The notes beneath the pieces were generated by a model, which saw only the letters and a program-made list of their open reading frames with translations, was not told the origin of the DNA and made no database searches. Positions 45,823 through 54,945 of a stretch of 64,000 nt of DNA are shown here, one piece after another. Position 1 is the first letter of the stretch; each line of letters opens with the position of its first letter. The translations under genes were made by a program, and so were the position numbers. This stretch comes from an uncultured virus (IMG/VR IMGVR_UViG_3300042521_003679) (taxonomy: Duplodnaviria > Heunggongvirae > Uroviricota > Caudoviricetes), in the IMG/VR virus record IMGVR_UViG_3300042521_003679. One strand, given 5' to 3'.

Positions 45823-46531
45823 AGATTGGCATATCTATGTGATGTGTCATGGCGATAACGAGCCTCGTTATTCATCCTCCGCTTCTCTCCATCGCATGCA
45901 ATTAGGGGCAGAAAATCTTCCTCAAGGAGAACTGTTGCAGCTTTTTCATGCGGGCTGGACCCTGGACAATTTGGGCGAGCATAATATTTCGTCCTACAAC
46001 AAGTGGTGGTCCGAACTGACTGGTATTCACTGGCTCGTCAACAACGCCACGGAAGAGTTTATCGGCAATGCTCAGTACAGGAGACAATGGGTAGACGAGG
46101 GACTGGCTCCTTCTTCTCCCTCAGTGCTGTACATTCCCGAGCCTGAACATTTTGGCTTTTCCATTGCCAAGCAGTACAGAGAAGGGCACGCAGGTATGGA
46201 CGGCATTGAACAAGCGTTATTGATTGCGGATCGTGGACAAATGCCAATCACGAAAGAAGAATTAGAGCTTGCATTTAATCAGAATATTTTCTTTGGTCAC
46301 ATCATGGCGCGAGGAGCCCATGTAAATTATTGCGAAGTCATGCAAACTTTGCTGGATTGCATGTGGCCAATCTGGGACAATTGTCAAGAAAAAATTAAAC
46401 AAATTGAAGGCTACAATTGTCGATACATTTCGTTTTTGGCAGAACGCATCATGACAGCATTGATCTTGCATCGTGAAAAGGTGTGGCCGGGGCTTAGCAT
46501 TGAAACAGCTCCAATCAATTTCTTCCCGTAA
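45812..46531 (+). CDS. DUF4422-like putative glycosyltransferase
   Basis: IYVMCH, NIS..N..WSELTG, QYRR, R..SFLAER. Confidence 0.75.
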   Translation: MQAEDWHIYVMCHGDNEPRYSSSASLHRMQLGAENLPQGELLQLFHAGWTLDNLGEHNISSYNKWWSELTGIHWLVNNATEEFIGNAQYRRQWVDEGLAPSSPSVLYIPEPEHFGFSIAKQYREGHAGMDGIEQALLIADRGQMPITKEELELAFNQNIFFGHIMARGAHVNYCEVMQTLLDCMWPIWDNCQEKIKQIEGYNCRYISFLAERIMTALILHREKVWPGLSIETAPINFFP

Positions 46532-46543
46532 GATGGCCGCAAT

Positions 46544-47059
46544 TTACCATTCACTTAATTCTTTTCGCTGATGGTCTGCATTGCTTAAAACCTCTAAATT
46601 TTCCAAGGCATTATTCAAATGATTGCCGTCTTTGTGGTGAACGTGCTCCCAGGATTCCAATTGTCGCCCAAGATGCTGTTCCATAATCCATCTGTGCTCG
46701 CGGACTTGCTTGCCATCTACAAGAATAGTTTTATATTTTTTGGCGGTAGATCCTTGAGCTTTTAGCGCTTTTGACCTTCTCATGATTGGTGAACTTGCCC
46801 GCGCTTTTTGGCCAATCTCGGGCTTGTCCAAAGCAGAGCATCTGCGAGAGCAATATTTGGCCGACTTACTTCTGTAAGACGGAACGTAAAAATTTTCCTT
46901 GCAATACAAGCATTGACAAGTGGCTCCTTGCCTAGGTCTTGGAGTGATCTTTCCTAGCGCTCGCAAGTGGTATGTCTGGCAACTGCGAGAGCAGTATACA
47001 TTTGAGGTCCTTCTGGGATTGAAAATGTTGCTACAGTTAAGGCAATTACGAGGATCCAT
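46544..47059 (-). CDS. HNH endonuclease with Zn-finger repeats
   Basis: CxxC/YCSxxC repeats; EHRWIME..LGR...VHHKDGN..NN..ENL. Confidence 0.85.
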   Translation of the reverse strand: MDPRNCLNCSNIFNPRRTSNVYCSRSCQTYHLRALGKITPRPRQGATCQCLYCKENFYVPSYRSKSAKYCSRRCSALDKPEIGQKARASSPIMRRSKALKAQGSTAKKYKTILVDGKQVREHRWIMEQHLGRQLESWEHVHHKDGNHLNNALENLEVLSNADHQRKELSEW

Positions 47060-47101
47060 TGCGCAAGTAGTGGCTCCTGTCACTATAGCACTGTCTGAGT
47101 C

Positions 47102-47362
47102 ATGACACCCAAGACTAAAAAGGCCAAGCAGGTCAAAATCGCTCGCGTCATGAAAGAGTTCAAGGCAGGAACTCTCAAAAGCAGTAGCGGTGAAAAGATC
47201 ACAGATTATCGACGCGCTGTTGCCATTGCTCTTAGCGAAGCTGGTATGAGCATGAAAAAGAAGGACGCTAGCGAAGACTACATGCGGGCCTTCATTCGTC
47301 AAGTGCTGGAAGAAGAAGAGGCAATGGAAGAAGAGGAGAGCTGCGATTCGGGAAAGGCTTAA
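47102..47362 (+). CDS. DUF6496-like small head-region protein (0-frame product)
   Basis: KIARVMKEFKAGTLKSSSG...AVAIALSEAG. Confidence 0.8.
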   Translation: MTPKTKKAKQVKIARVMKEFKAGTLKSSSGEKITDYRRAVAIALSEAGMSMKKKDASEDYMRAFIRQVLEEEEAMEEEESCDSGKA

Positions 47363-47709
47363 GGGGCGACGCTGAATCGTTCGCCCCTCCATCGTCTGTT
47401 CGATCCGCCGCACGTCGCGGACTAGAACTTCGCAAGAAACACGGCAAAGGCGGGCTGACCACGCAAGAAGCTGGCAAGCAAGGCATTGGCAGTGGCGTTG
47501 CTAGAGCGACAAGCTTGGCCAATGGGGAGAAGGTGAGCTACGAAACGATTAAGCGCATGGCAGCGTTCTTTTCAAGGCATGAAAAGAATAAAGCCGGAGG
47601 AGAAGGTGATGCTGGATTTCACGCATGGCTCTTATGGGGAGGTGATGCTGGTAGGGCGTGGGCCAATCGGATTATTAAGATGGTGGAAAGCCGCAAGGAA
47701 CAATCGTGA
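47350..47709 (+). CDS. -1 frame extension of 47102 gene (about 202-aa fusion)
   Basis: G GGA AAG plus hairpin; domain PPSSVRSAARRGL...WLLWGGDAG lacks a start codon before 47515. Confidence 0.75.
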   Translation, partial: GKGLRGDAESFAPPSSVRSAARRGLELRKKHGKGGLTTQEAGKQGIGSGVARATSLANGEKVSYETIKRMAAFFSRHEKNKAGGEGDAGFHAWLLWGGDAGRAWANRIIKMVESRKEQS

Positions 47710-48017
47710 GCGAATACGTCCGCGTCATTGAAGAAGAAGAAGACGGCATTGGCATCATGAAGGCTCTGTGCATTCTTTCCGCGCATGAGCATCGTGACAC
47801 TTCCAACTGGCGGCTAGTCGAAGAGCAGCACTTCAAGAATGGGCGTCTTGATGAAACCCACATCTTTGTGCGCAATGCCTATGACAGGCCCCATGAGTAT
47901 TTTGAACCAGTCAAAATGCTGGTCTTTGAAGCTGAGGCTATTGCAAAAAGTTATGTGATGACCGGCATTGAACAACAAATCGAAGGGCTTCAGGACGACG
48001 ATGACGACGAAGATTGA
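47706..48017 (+). CDS. Hypothetical acidic protein
   Basis: GTGA overlap. Confidence 0.7.
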   Translation: MSEYVRVIEEEEDGIGIMKALCILSAHEHRDTSNWRLVEEQHFKNGRLDETHIFVRNAYDRPHEYFEPVKMLVFEAEAIAKSYVMTGIEQQIEGLQDDDDDED

Positions 48018-48292
48018 GCCGCGTTGACAACAAAATTTGGCATGCCCAATAGCCAAAGCACTGACAGCCCATAAAGCCCGCTAAGAGTGGCAATTTGCAC
48101 TGCGGAGGGTTCGCTTTCTCCGCGTTCCATGCGGCAATAAGTGGCAGCACCAATGTGCAGTTCGCGAGCCACGTCCCTTTGCGACAAGCCGCTATTGAGA
48201 CGAGCGTCCTTCATTCGCCGTGCCACGACCAACTTGCGTTGCCAGTGCGGCATGCGTAGCGCATTGACAGAACTGTTGAGAAAATGACGCAC
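47990..48292 (-). CDS. XRE-family HTH regulator
   Basis: ARLNSGLSQRDVARELHI...YCRMERG..EP. Confidence 0.85.
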   Translation of the reverse strand: MRHFLNSSVNALRMPHWQRKLVVARRMKDARLNSGLSQRDVARELHIGAATYCRMERGESEPSAVQIATLSGLYGLSVLWLLGMPNFVVNAAQSSSSSSS

Positions 48293-48353
48293 CGTGTTTC
48301 ACCTGTGGAACAAGAAGCATAGTTTACTACATTTATTTCGTTATTTTTAATAT

Positions 48354-49547
48354 ATGAGCGAAACTTCTTTCCGCTACGATGTCGCGCCCATTGAAAAGTA
48401 TGAAGTGACCCCCGAGGGTTATCTTCGTGCTTGGGCCACTATCGCTCGCACTGGAGTGCAGATGTACTCCGATGCAGACGGCAGTGTTAGGCGCGAATAT
48501 CGTCCCAAAGAAGAAGTGGCGTCTCCTGAAAGCCTCGCTTCATTTGCGGGCAAGGCCATCACGCTTGAGCATCCTCCAATCCTCCTTGATAGCGCCAATA
48601 CAAAGGACTATCAAATTGGCTTTTCGGGCACTGAAGTGGTTTACGACGACGGATTTGTCCGTGCAGTCATGACAATCACTGATAAAAATGCCATTGAAAA
48701 GATCATGAGGGGCGATGCCAAGGAAGTGAGTGCTGGCTATCGAGTGGAATACGATTCCACTCCTGGTGTGACGAGCGATGGCGAAAACTACGATGGCATT
48801 CAACGTGCTATTAGTGGAAATCACATTGCTGTGGTTCGTCGGGGCAGGGCTGGCCCACAAGTGAAGCTGCATCTGGATCGCCTAGATGCCGCTGACCCAC
48901 AATTACTCCTTACAAAAGAGGAACCATCTATGACTGCTAAGGTCAACTTCGATGGCGCCGAGTTTGAAGTGAGCGAGAGCGTTGCTCTGGCGATCACTAA
49001 AGAACGCGACGACGCCCGCATGTCCTACGAGGACATGAAGAAGAAATACGATGAAATGATGTCCAACGCTTCCAAAATGAAGGAAGAGATGGATGCCATG
49101 AAGAAAGAGATGCAAGGCAAGTGCGACGCCGCCGAAGGTCGCGCTGATGCCCTCGAGCAAGAGCTGGAAGCCGCTAAGGCCGACCTGACTGTTGCTGGTC
49201 AAGTGAATATTGATTCGCTTGTTGAAGAGCGCGTTGCCCTCATTGACAAAGCTCGCACCAATCTGGATAGCGAGTTTGATTTTGCCGGCAAGAGCGCCCG
49301 CGAGATCATGGAAGCCTCGATCAAAGCTGTTCGTGGCGACGCTGATCTGTCGGAGCGTTCCGACGATTACGTTCAAGCAATGTTCGACACGCTGGCTGAA
49401 GCTGCTCCTCGCAGTGACTCTGCCTCGACCGACGAACTGCGCAAAGCTGTGGCATCCATTGCCACCCCTGTTTCTGCTCCTGCGTCCTACATGGACAATC
49501 TGCAGAACGCTTGGAAAACCCCCCTCTCCGTTACTAAGGAGCGCTGA
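48354..49547 (+). CDS. DUF2213 prohead protease/scaffold
   Basis: TPEGYL, ARTG, TLEHP, EVSAGY, NHIAVV..GRAG; coiled-coil C-terminus. Confidence 0.9.
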   Translation: MSETSFRYDVAPIEKYEVTPEGYLRAWATIARTGVQMYSDADGSVRREYRPKEEVASPESLASFAGKAITLEHPPILLDSANTKDYQIGFSGTEVVYDDGFVRAVMTITDKNAIEKIMRGDAKEVSAGYRVEYDSTPGVTSDGENYDGIQRAISGNHIAVVRRGRAGPQVKLHLDRLDAADPQLLLTKEEPSMTAKVNFDGAEFEVSESVALAITKERDDARMSYEDMKKKYDEMMSNASKMKEEMDAMKKEMQGKCDAAEGRADALEQELEAAKADLTVAGQVNIDSLVEERVALIDKARTNLDSEFDFAGKSAREIMEASIKAVRGDADLSERSDDYVQAMFDTLAEAAPRSDSASTDELRKAVASIATPVSAPASYMDNLQNAWKTPLSVTKER

Positions 49548-49549
49548 TT

Positions 49550-50110
49550 ATGGCCGTCGTTTTTTCTTCGGTGAGTTCCGGGACGGCAGGTGGCGTGCAG
49601 CAAAGCTATGCGCTTGAGCTGACCGCACTGCTGGAAGGTCAACTTTCCGACATCCGTGACAACACTATTGGCACCTACATCAACGAAACCAACGCCGTCC
49701 TGGCCTTCGGTAATGTTGTGGTGTACAACTCTGGCGGCACTGTCGCCAACTCCGCTAAGACCATTGGCGGTACTGGCGAAACAGTCGTGGGCGTGAACGT
49801 GCTCACCTACGTTGACGAAACTGCTGAAGATTCCAACAGCCGCCCCGGCGTGAAGGACGAGCAAGTGCTCAACGTGGCCAACGAAGGCGCCGTTGCCCTG
49901 TATGTTCATGGCACTTGCACTCCGGCGACTGCCGTGCGCGTCATCCACACTGCTACTGGCGTCAAGTATGCCGGTCAGCTCACTGGCGATGCCATTGCCG
50001 GCAAGAGCGCGATTTTGTCGAATGCCCGTTATCTCACCTCCGTCACCGGCTCTGGCCTGGCGATCGTTGAGCTGAACGGTCCTTCGTTCACCCTCACCGC
50101 TGACACCTGA
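49550..50110 (+). CDS. Head decoration/cement protein
   Basis: Between protease and capsid gene. Confidence 0.75.
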   Translation: MAVVFSSVSSGTAGGVQQSYALELTALLEGQLSDIRDNTIGTYINETNAVLAFGNVVVYNSGGTVANSAKTIGGTGETVVGVNVLTYVDETAEDSNSRPGVKDEQVLNVANEGAVALYVHGTCTPATAVRVIHTATGVKYAGQLTGDAIAGKSAILSNARYLTSVTGSGLAIVELNGPSFTLTADT

Positions 50111-50124
50111 TAGGAGGCCCTCCA

Positions 50125-51030
50125 ATGTCTGATTTCCGTATGGATGAAGCGGGTCTGTTTCTCGAGCGTCAGCTTGAGTACATCCGCCCTCAAGTTTTTG
50201 AAGTCGCTTATGCCGACATCAAATACCCCACCATTCTGCCTGTTACCAGCGAAGCTGGTCCTGGCGCTCAAACCTTCACCTATCGCGTGATGGACGCGAC
50301 TGGCGAATTCAAGCTCATCGCTGACGCTGCTGACGATCTGCCCCGCGCCGACATCAGCCAAGTCGAGAAGAGCATCAACATTCGCTCGTTTGGTGGTTCC
50401 TTCGGCTACACGGTTCAAGAGCTGCGGGCCGCTCAAATGGCCAACATCGCTCTCGAGCAGCGTCGCGCTTCTGCCGTTCGTCGTGCTTACGAAGAGAAAG
50501 TGGAAGAAGTGGCCATGTTTGGCGAATCGTCCGTGGGCCTGCAAGGCTTCTTCAATAACGCCACTGTTGACGTTGTTGCTGCTGACAAGTGGTTCACCGA
50601 TAGCGGCACCACTGCCCAAGAAATGCTGGACCTGCTGAACTATGGCGTTACTGCCATCATCAACGGTTCCAACATGAAGGAGCAGCCCGATACCATCCTC
50701 ATGGCTTGGGAAGATTACAACACCATCTCCACTCGTCGCAATTCCGATTCTTCGGACGTGACCGTGATGGAATACTTCCTGCGCACCAACCCCTACATCC
50801 GCAATATCGAGCCCATCAACCAGCTCGACGCGGACAAGAGCACCCTGTCGAAGAACCGCATGGTGTTCTACAAGCGCGATCCGCAGAAAGTGCAACTGCA
50901 CATTCCGCAGCCGCTTGAGCTGTTCCCGCCTCAACAGCGTGGCCTGGAATTCATCGTTCCTGCTCATGCTCGCGTGGGTGGCGTGGCCCTCTACTATCCC
51001 AAGAGCGTCCTGTACTTGCAGGCTCCCTGA
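50125..51030 (+). CDS. Major capsid protein (DUF2184-type)
   Basis: FLERQLEYI, DDLP.AD, GFFN, RVGGV..YYP. Confidence 0.9.
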   Translation: MSDFRMDEAGLFLERQLEYIRPQVFEVAYADIKYPTILPVTSEAGPGAQTFTYRVMDATGEFKLIADAADDLPRADISQVEKSINIRSFGGSFGYTVQELRAAQMANIALEQRRASAVRRAYEEKVEEVAMFGESSVGLQGFFNNATVDVVAADKWFTDSGTTAQEMLDLLNYGVTAIINGSNMKEQPDTILMAWEDYNTISTRRNSDSSDVTVMEYFLRTNPYIRNIEPINQLDADKSTLSKNRMVFYKRDPQKVQLHIPQPLELFPPQQRGLEFIVPAHARVGGVALYYPKSVLYLQAP

Positions 51031-51081
51031 GGATAGGTAAGTGATGGGCGTTAAGCTAATGAACAGTTCTTTTGAACACAA

Positions 51082-51468
51082 ATGTTGATTGCTTATCGCC
51101 CTGAACTTGAAAATCCGCCGCGTGAGGGAGGGTTTGGCATTATCACTGACGCTGGCATGATTCAGCTCAGTCCTGGCGTTAACACTGATGTTCCTGAAAC
51201 TAAGTGGGATATTGCCCGCAAAAATGGCACCGTCAAGCGGCTTATGGCCCTTGGAGCCATTGAGGAAGTGAAGGAACAGGCTACGGTCCAGGAGATTCCC
51301 ACGAGCATCGACACTCTCATCCAACTGCCACTTAACGAAGCGTTCCGTCTGCTTGAAATCATGCATGACGAGGATCAGCTTCTGCAATGGAAAGGGAAAG
51401 AGGGTCGCGTGAGAATCAGAAATGCCATCAATAAGCGTCTGGAAAACATTAAGGCGGGGAAGGTCTGA
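51082..51468 (+). CDS. Hypothetical head-associated protein
   Basis: Follows capsid gene. Confidence 0.7.
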   Translation: MLIAYRPELENPPREGGFGIITDAGMIQLSPGVNTDVPETKWDIARKNGTVKRLMALGAIEEVKEQATVQEIPTSIDTLIQLPLNEAFRLLEIMHDEDQLLQWKGKEGRVRIRNAINKRLENIKAGKV

Positions 51469-51470
51469 TC

Positions 51471-51785
51471 ATGGCCGTCACCTACGCTACTTTTCTAGAT
51501 CGCTTCCCTGAGTTCACTCCCCACCCATCGGGAATTGTGAACGGAGCCCTTGACGAAGCTGCAGCGGATGCCACCAGCGATGTGTTTGGCACTCAAACTG
51601 ACAGAGCCGTCAAGCATCTCGCAGCTCACATTATTGCCATTCAACTTGCACAAATGGGCATTCAAATTGGTGCCACAGAAGGCAAAGTGTATGGCAATGG
51701 GCTCGAGGCCACGCAATATGGCCAAGAGTTCAAACGCATGCTTGATACCGTCGCCGGATCTACCACAGTTGGTTTCGTCGTATGA
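51471..51785 (+). CDS. Head-tail adaptor (DUF4054-like)
   Basis: FLDRFPEF, LAAH, TQYGQEF. Confidence 0.85.
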   Translation: MAVTYATFLDRFPEFTPHPSGIVNGALDEAAADATSDVFGTQTDRAVKHLAAHIIAIQLAQMGIQIGATEGKVYGNGLEATQYGQEFKRMLDTVAGSTTVGFVV

Positions 51786-52171
51786 GCAATGTCCTGTCGC
51801 CACTTGCTAATGCCACTTTGGTTTGGCAGGTGGCGTCTGGATACGTCACCGACTCAGGCACTGGCAATTACATCGCCATGGCCACTGGCATCACTTACTA
51901 CGCTTCTCTTAAGCAAAAGAACAATCCTCGATTTGACTATTTGCTTGGGGCCGATGCCACTGCAGTGTATATGGAGGGCAAGCTAACCGGCCCCCTCACG
52001 CTTTCTGGAATTACACCTGGAAGCTCCGCTGCAGCAACGATCAATGGTAGAGAAGGGCGGTTTGAGCTGTTGCCGAACGAACAAATTGCTGAGCACTATT
52101 GGCAATTTCTTGGCACACCAATCAGAGGCATTTTTAGACTGGTTGGCAAAGGAAGCGTGCAGAACGTCTGA
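51782..52171 (+). CDS. Probable head-closure protein
   Basis: Synteny. Confidence 0.6.
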   Translation: MSNVLSPLANATLVWQVASGYVTDSGTGNYIAMATGITYYASLKQKNNPRFDYLLGADATAVYMEGKLTGPLTLSGITPGSSAAATINGREGRFELLPNEQIAEHYWQFLGTPIRGIFRLVGKGSVQNV

Positions 52172-52207
52172 CGCTTAACCATCTTCTTTCCCATTGAGGA
52201 TTTTCTC

Positions 52208-52786
52208 ATGCTCTACCATCCGACTGAACTGGTTAAGAGCCAAGACGTTATTGTGCGTGTTGGCTCGATTGCAGGCGTTGCCCGCCCTGTGATCACCCAG
52301 AGTGGCGCCACCTTCACTGTTAGCGGCGCTCCCACCCTTTATACGCTGCAGGCCGCTACGACGGCTTCTGTGGCCTTTAACGACGGCAACACGGAATTCT
52401 ATCTGCTTGGCGGCGGCGGCTTCTCTGACAGTGTTATCGTCACCTCTCAGGCCACTGCTTCCGTCACTTCCTACTTCCAGAAGGACGTGGACGGCACTGT
52501 GTTCCTGCCCAATAGCTTTGACGAAGCCTTCCAAGTGATTAGCGCTTCGCGCTACGACAAGAACTCTGAAGTGTACGTTGAAATCAACAAGCAACTGGGC
52601 GCTTCCGGCACCACTTACTACTACGATCGCGTGGCTTACGTTGGTCGCGTGATGAATTACAACGAGAGCTATCCCGCTGACAACCTCGTTGAAGTTACGT
52701 TCGATCTGATCAGCCGTGGTCGCATCGGCATCCACCAGAACGCTGAAGAGACCGGCAGCATCATCCCGAGCGCTCCCAACTCCTGA
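52208..52786 (+). CDS. Major tail tube protein
   Basis: Size, synteny, PADNLVEVTFDL.SRG. Confidence 0.75.
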   Translation: MLYHPTELVKSQDVIVRVGSIAGVARPVITQSGATFTVSGAPTLYTLQAATTASVAFNDGNTEFYLLGGGGFSDSVIVTSQATASVTSYFQKDVDGTVFLPNSFDEAFQVISASRYDKNSEVYVEINKQLGASGTTYYYDRVAYVGRVMNYNESYPADNLVEVTFDLISRGRIGIHQNAEETGSIIPSAPNS

Positions 52787-52842
52787 TCATTCTTTCTCCA
52801 TTGTTTCTTTGCTAGCCTGCCTATACGGCAGGCTTTTTTATT

Positions 52843-53250
52843 GTGAACATTACTCAGTTTCGCGATACTATTGTCACCTTGCTTTCGGCTAGCCCCGACT
52901 TGATTGGCGAATACATCTTGCCGGATGCCACTGAAATTCCTGCGGTGTATGTGGTGGGACAACAGGGCGTGCCTGCTGAATGGAAAGTGAAGGGGCTGGA
53001 AGTGACCATGAGGCAGTTCCCTGACTTGCGACCCGGTTCGCCGTTGGGAGGGACTGTCAAAGTAAATCAGCTTTGGGAGGTGATCTTGATGCAATACACG
53101 CCTTCTTCTGATACTCTTGCCTTGGCTATGGACAGAATGGTACGGAGATTTCCTGATGCCACGCCTAGATATTTTCCTGGCGATGACGTGGCTTATGAAC
53201 GTTGCCGTTTTGTTGTGCCCGATCTCATTCTTCGCCCGTTAGCAGCATGA
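52843..53250 (+). CDS. Probable tail terminator
   Basis: Synteny. Confidence 0.55.
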   Translation: MNITQFRDTIVTLLSASPDLIGEYILPDATEIPAVYVVGQQGVPAEWKVKGLEVTMRQFPDLRPGSPLGGTVKVNQLWEVILMQYTPSSDTLALAMDRMVRRFPDATPRYFPGDDVAYERCRFVVPDLILRPLAA

Positions 53251-53708
53251 GCGCCGTTATTCTTGGTGGCACCATTGCCAATGCCGAAAAATTAGTCGCA
53301 AAACTTGTTGATGCTTTTGAGCAATGGGCAGAAGAGGACATCACTGGTGCTTATTGGGACGATCAGTTCAGGGAGATGGGGCGATGGCAGTACGATAGTG
53401 AAACTCGCAGGAAGAACGGCGAAACTGTTAGCTCTCCTCGAGACATTTACGACCTGGGAGCGTTGTACGAAAGCGGCATTAACAGCTACAACTTTACCTT
53501 GTCCAAGAACCTAGCAACGGCGGATTGGAATTGGGACGCGACAAATAGTTCAGGGCAATACTATGCCTACTATGTCCACGAAGGTAAAGGCACCAATCGT
53601 ACTGGTCGCCCATGGACAGAGGAACTGGCATTTGCGCAGAAATTTAAGGGCAGTACTCCCGAAATGGCATTACTGAAAAGGATAAAAGCTGCGCTGGGAA
53701 CAAAATGA
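53248..53708 (+). CDS. Probable tail completion/neck protein
   Basis: SPRDIYDLG.L, YA.YVHEG, RPWT. Confidence 0.6.
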
Positions 53709-53968
53709 AAATTGACTACCTCCATAGCTCTGACTCTACGGTTCACGCAATCAACAATGAAATAGAAGGAATGGCCTTGCAAGCGGGCGTGTTGTGCTTG
53801 ATTTCCTGCAGGGAATCGACCATTAGAATTGCAGACGACAATCATTCGTTTCTGGTAGAAATTCCTAAGGAGTTTCGCTCAAGCCATGAACGGGTGAAGG
53901 TATTCAATGCCCTGTTAAACATTCTTGATCATGAGCAAATACAGCTTCCTTCTGCAAACCAAGGCTGA
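53705..53968 (+). CDS. Hypothetical protein
   Basis: Coupled ORF. Confidence 0.65.
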   Translation: MKIDYLHSSDSTVHAINNEIEGMALQAGVLCLISCRESTIRIADDNHSFLVEIPKEFRSSHERVKVFNALLNILDHEQIQLPSANQG

Positions 53969-54479
53969 AGACTATTTTCAACTGACGCCTGAGATTCGCC
54001 TGAAGAAATACAATGGCTGGCTCGTGGCTGAAGCCATTGAACAGGAGGAGATCAGTAAGCTTCAAAGCCAAGCGACCATTCGTGCCGTGCAATTGGCCAA
54101 GCGTATCGCCACGAGCAAAGACATTCCTCTCGACGAGGCATTTGCGCTGCTGCAAGGCGGTGGTTCTATCACCGAAGCAGAGTTGCTTGCTGACTTCACT
54201 GACGAAACCATGGCCATGATTACCAGCGGCACGTCCGTTGAGGCCACGAATGCTCGCATGGTAACGGCCTTCGTGCGCTCACGAGGTCAAGGTATGATTG
54301 ATGGCGAATGGACTGATCTAGGCGACTGGGAGCTGGACGACACTAAGGGGCTGCCTCGCGCTGCCATTGCCAAAGTGGTTGAGTTCATTGCTGCTGAACA
54401 AGATGCGGAAGTCAAGGAGGCCGCTAACGCAGCAAAAAAAGCGAGGAGCAAGCCGCAGGGTCTATCGCAGAACAGTTAG
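53931..54479 (+). CDS. Tail assembly chaperone (G-like)
   Basis: Upstream of tape measure; slippery A7 near end. Confidence 0.75.
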   Translation: MSKYSFLLQTKAEDYFQLTPEIRLKKYNGWLVAEAIEQEEISKLQSQATIRAVQLAKRIATSKDIPLDEAFALLQGGGSITEAELLADFTDETMAMITSGTSVEATNARMVTAFVRSRGQGMIDGEWTDLGDWELDDTKGLPRAAIAKVVEFIAAEQDAEVKEAANAAKKARSKPQGLSQNS

Positions 54480-54907
54480 AAGACCAAGCCAGGAAATTCC
54501 TGAAGGCGCTTACCAATTGGAACGACATCTACTTTCGTCTTTCGGCGTCTGATTATAAGGACGATAGATGGCATGCGGACCAATTTGGGAAGCAGCCAAT
54601 TCGCGACGTGAAGGCAGCGCTCAAGTATCTTGAGAAGCATGATATTGCAAAGTACAACATAGAAAGCGTTGCCATCGCCAAACTTGGGACGATGGTGGCG
54701 GGAATGATGGCGGGCAAAAAGAGTACTGTCAAGGCAGAGCATTTCCTGCCGTTCGACACCAAAGCCATTAAAAAAGAGGACGGCATCACTGATGCCACCC
54801 TGATTGTTATGCAGCGTCTTATAAAAACGCGACGCATGGACGGCAGAGTGATCGCGCTGTTGGCCGACGAATTAAAAGCGTTTGCTGGACGAAACAAGGA
54901 AGAATGA
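54434..54907 (+). CDS. Tail assembly chaperone -1 frame extension (T-like)
   Basis: A AAA AAA at 54434-54440; open -1 frame continuous with 54608 ORF. Confidence 0.75.
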   Translation, partial: KKSEEQAAGSIAEQLEDQARKFLKALTNWNDIYFRLSASDYKDDRWHADQFGKQPIRDVKAALKYLEKHDIAKYNIESVAIAKLGTMVAGMMAGKKSTVKAEHFLPFDTKAIKKEDGITDATLIVMQRLIKTRRMDGRVIALLADELKAFAGRNKEE

Positions 54908-54945
54908 TTATAGAATTAAGAAACTAGAGACGCTGGCGTAAAATC

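Noticed and set aside
50029..51387. 452-aa minus-strand ORF
   Set aside because: Antisense shadow of the codon-biased capsid gene
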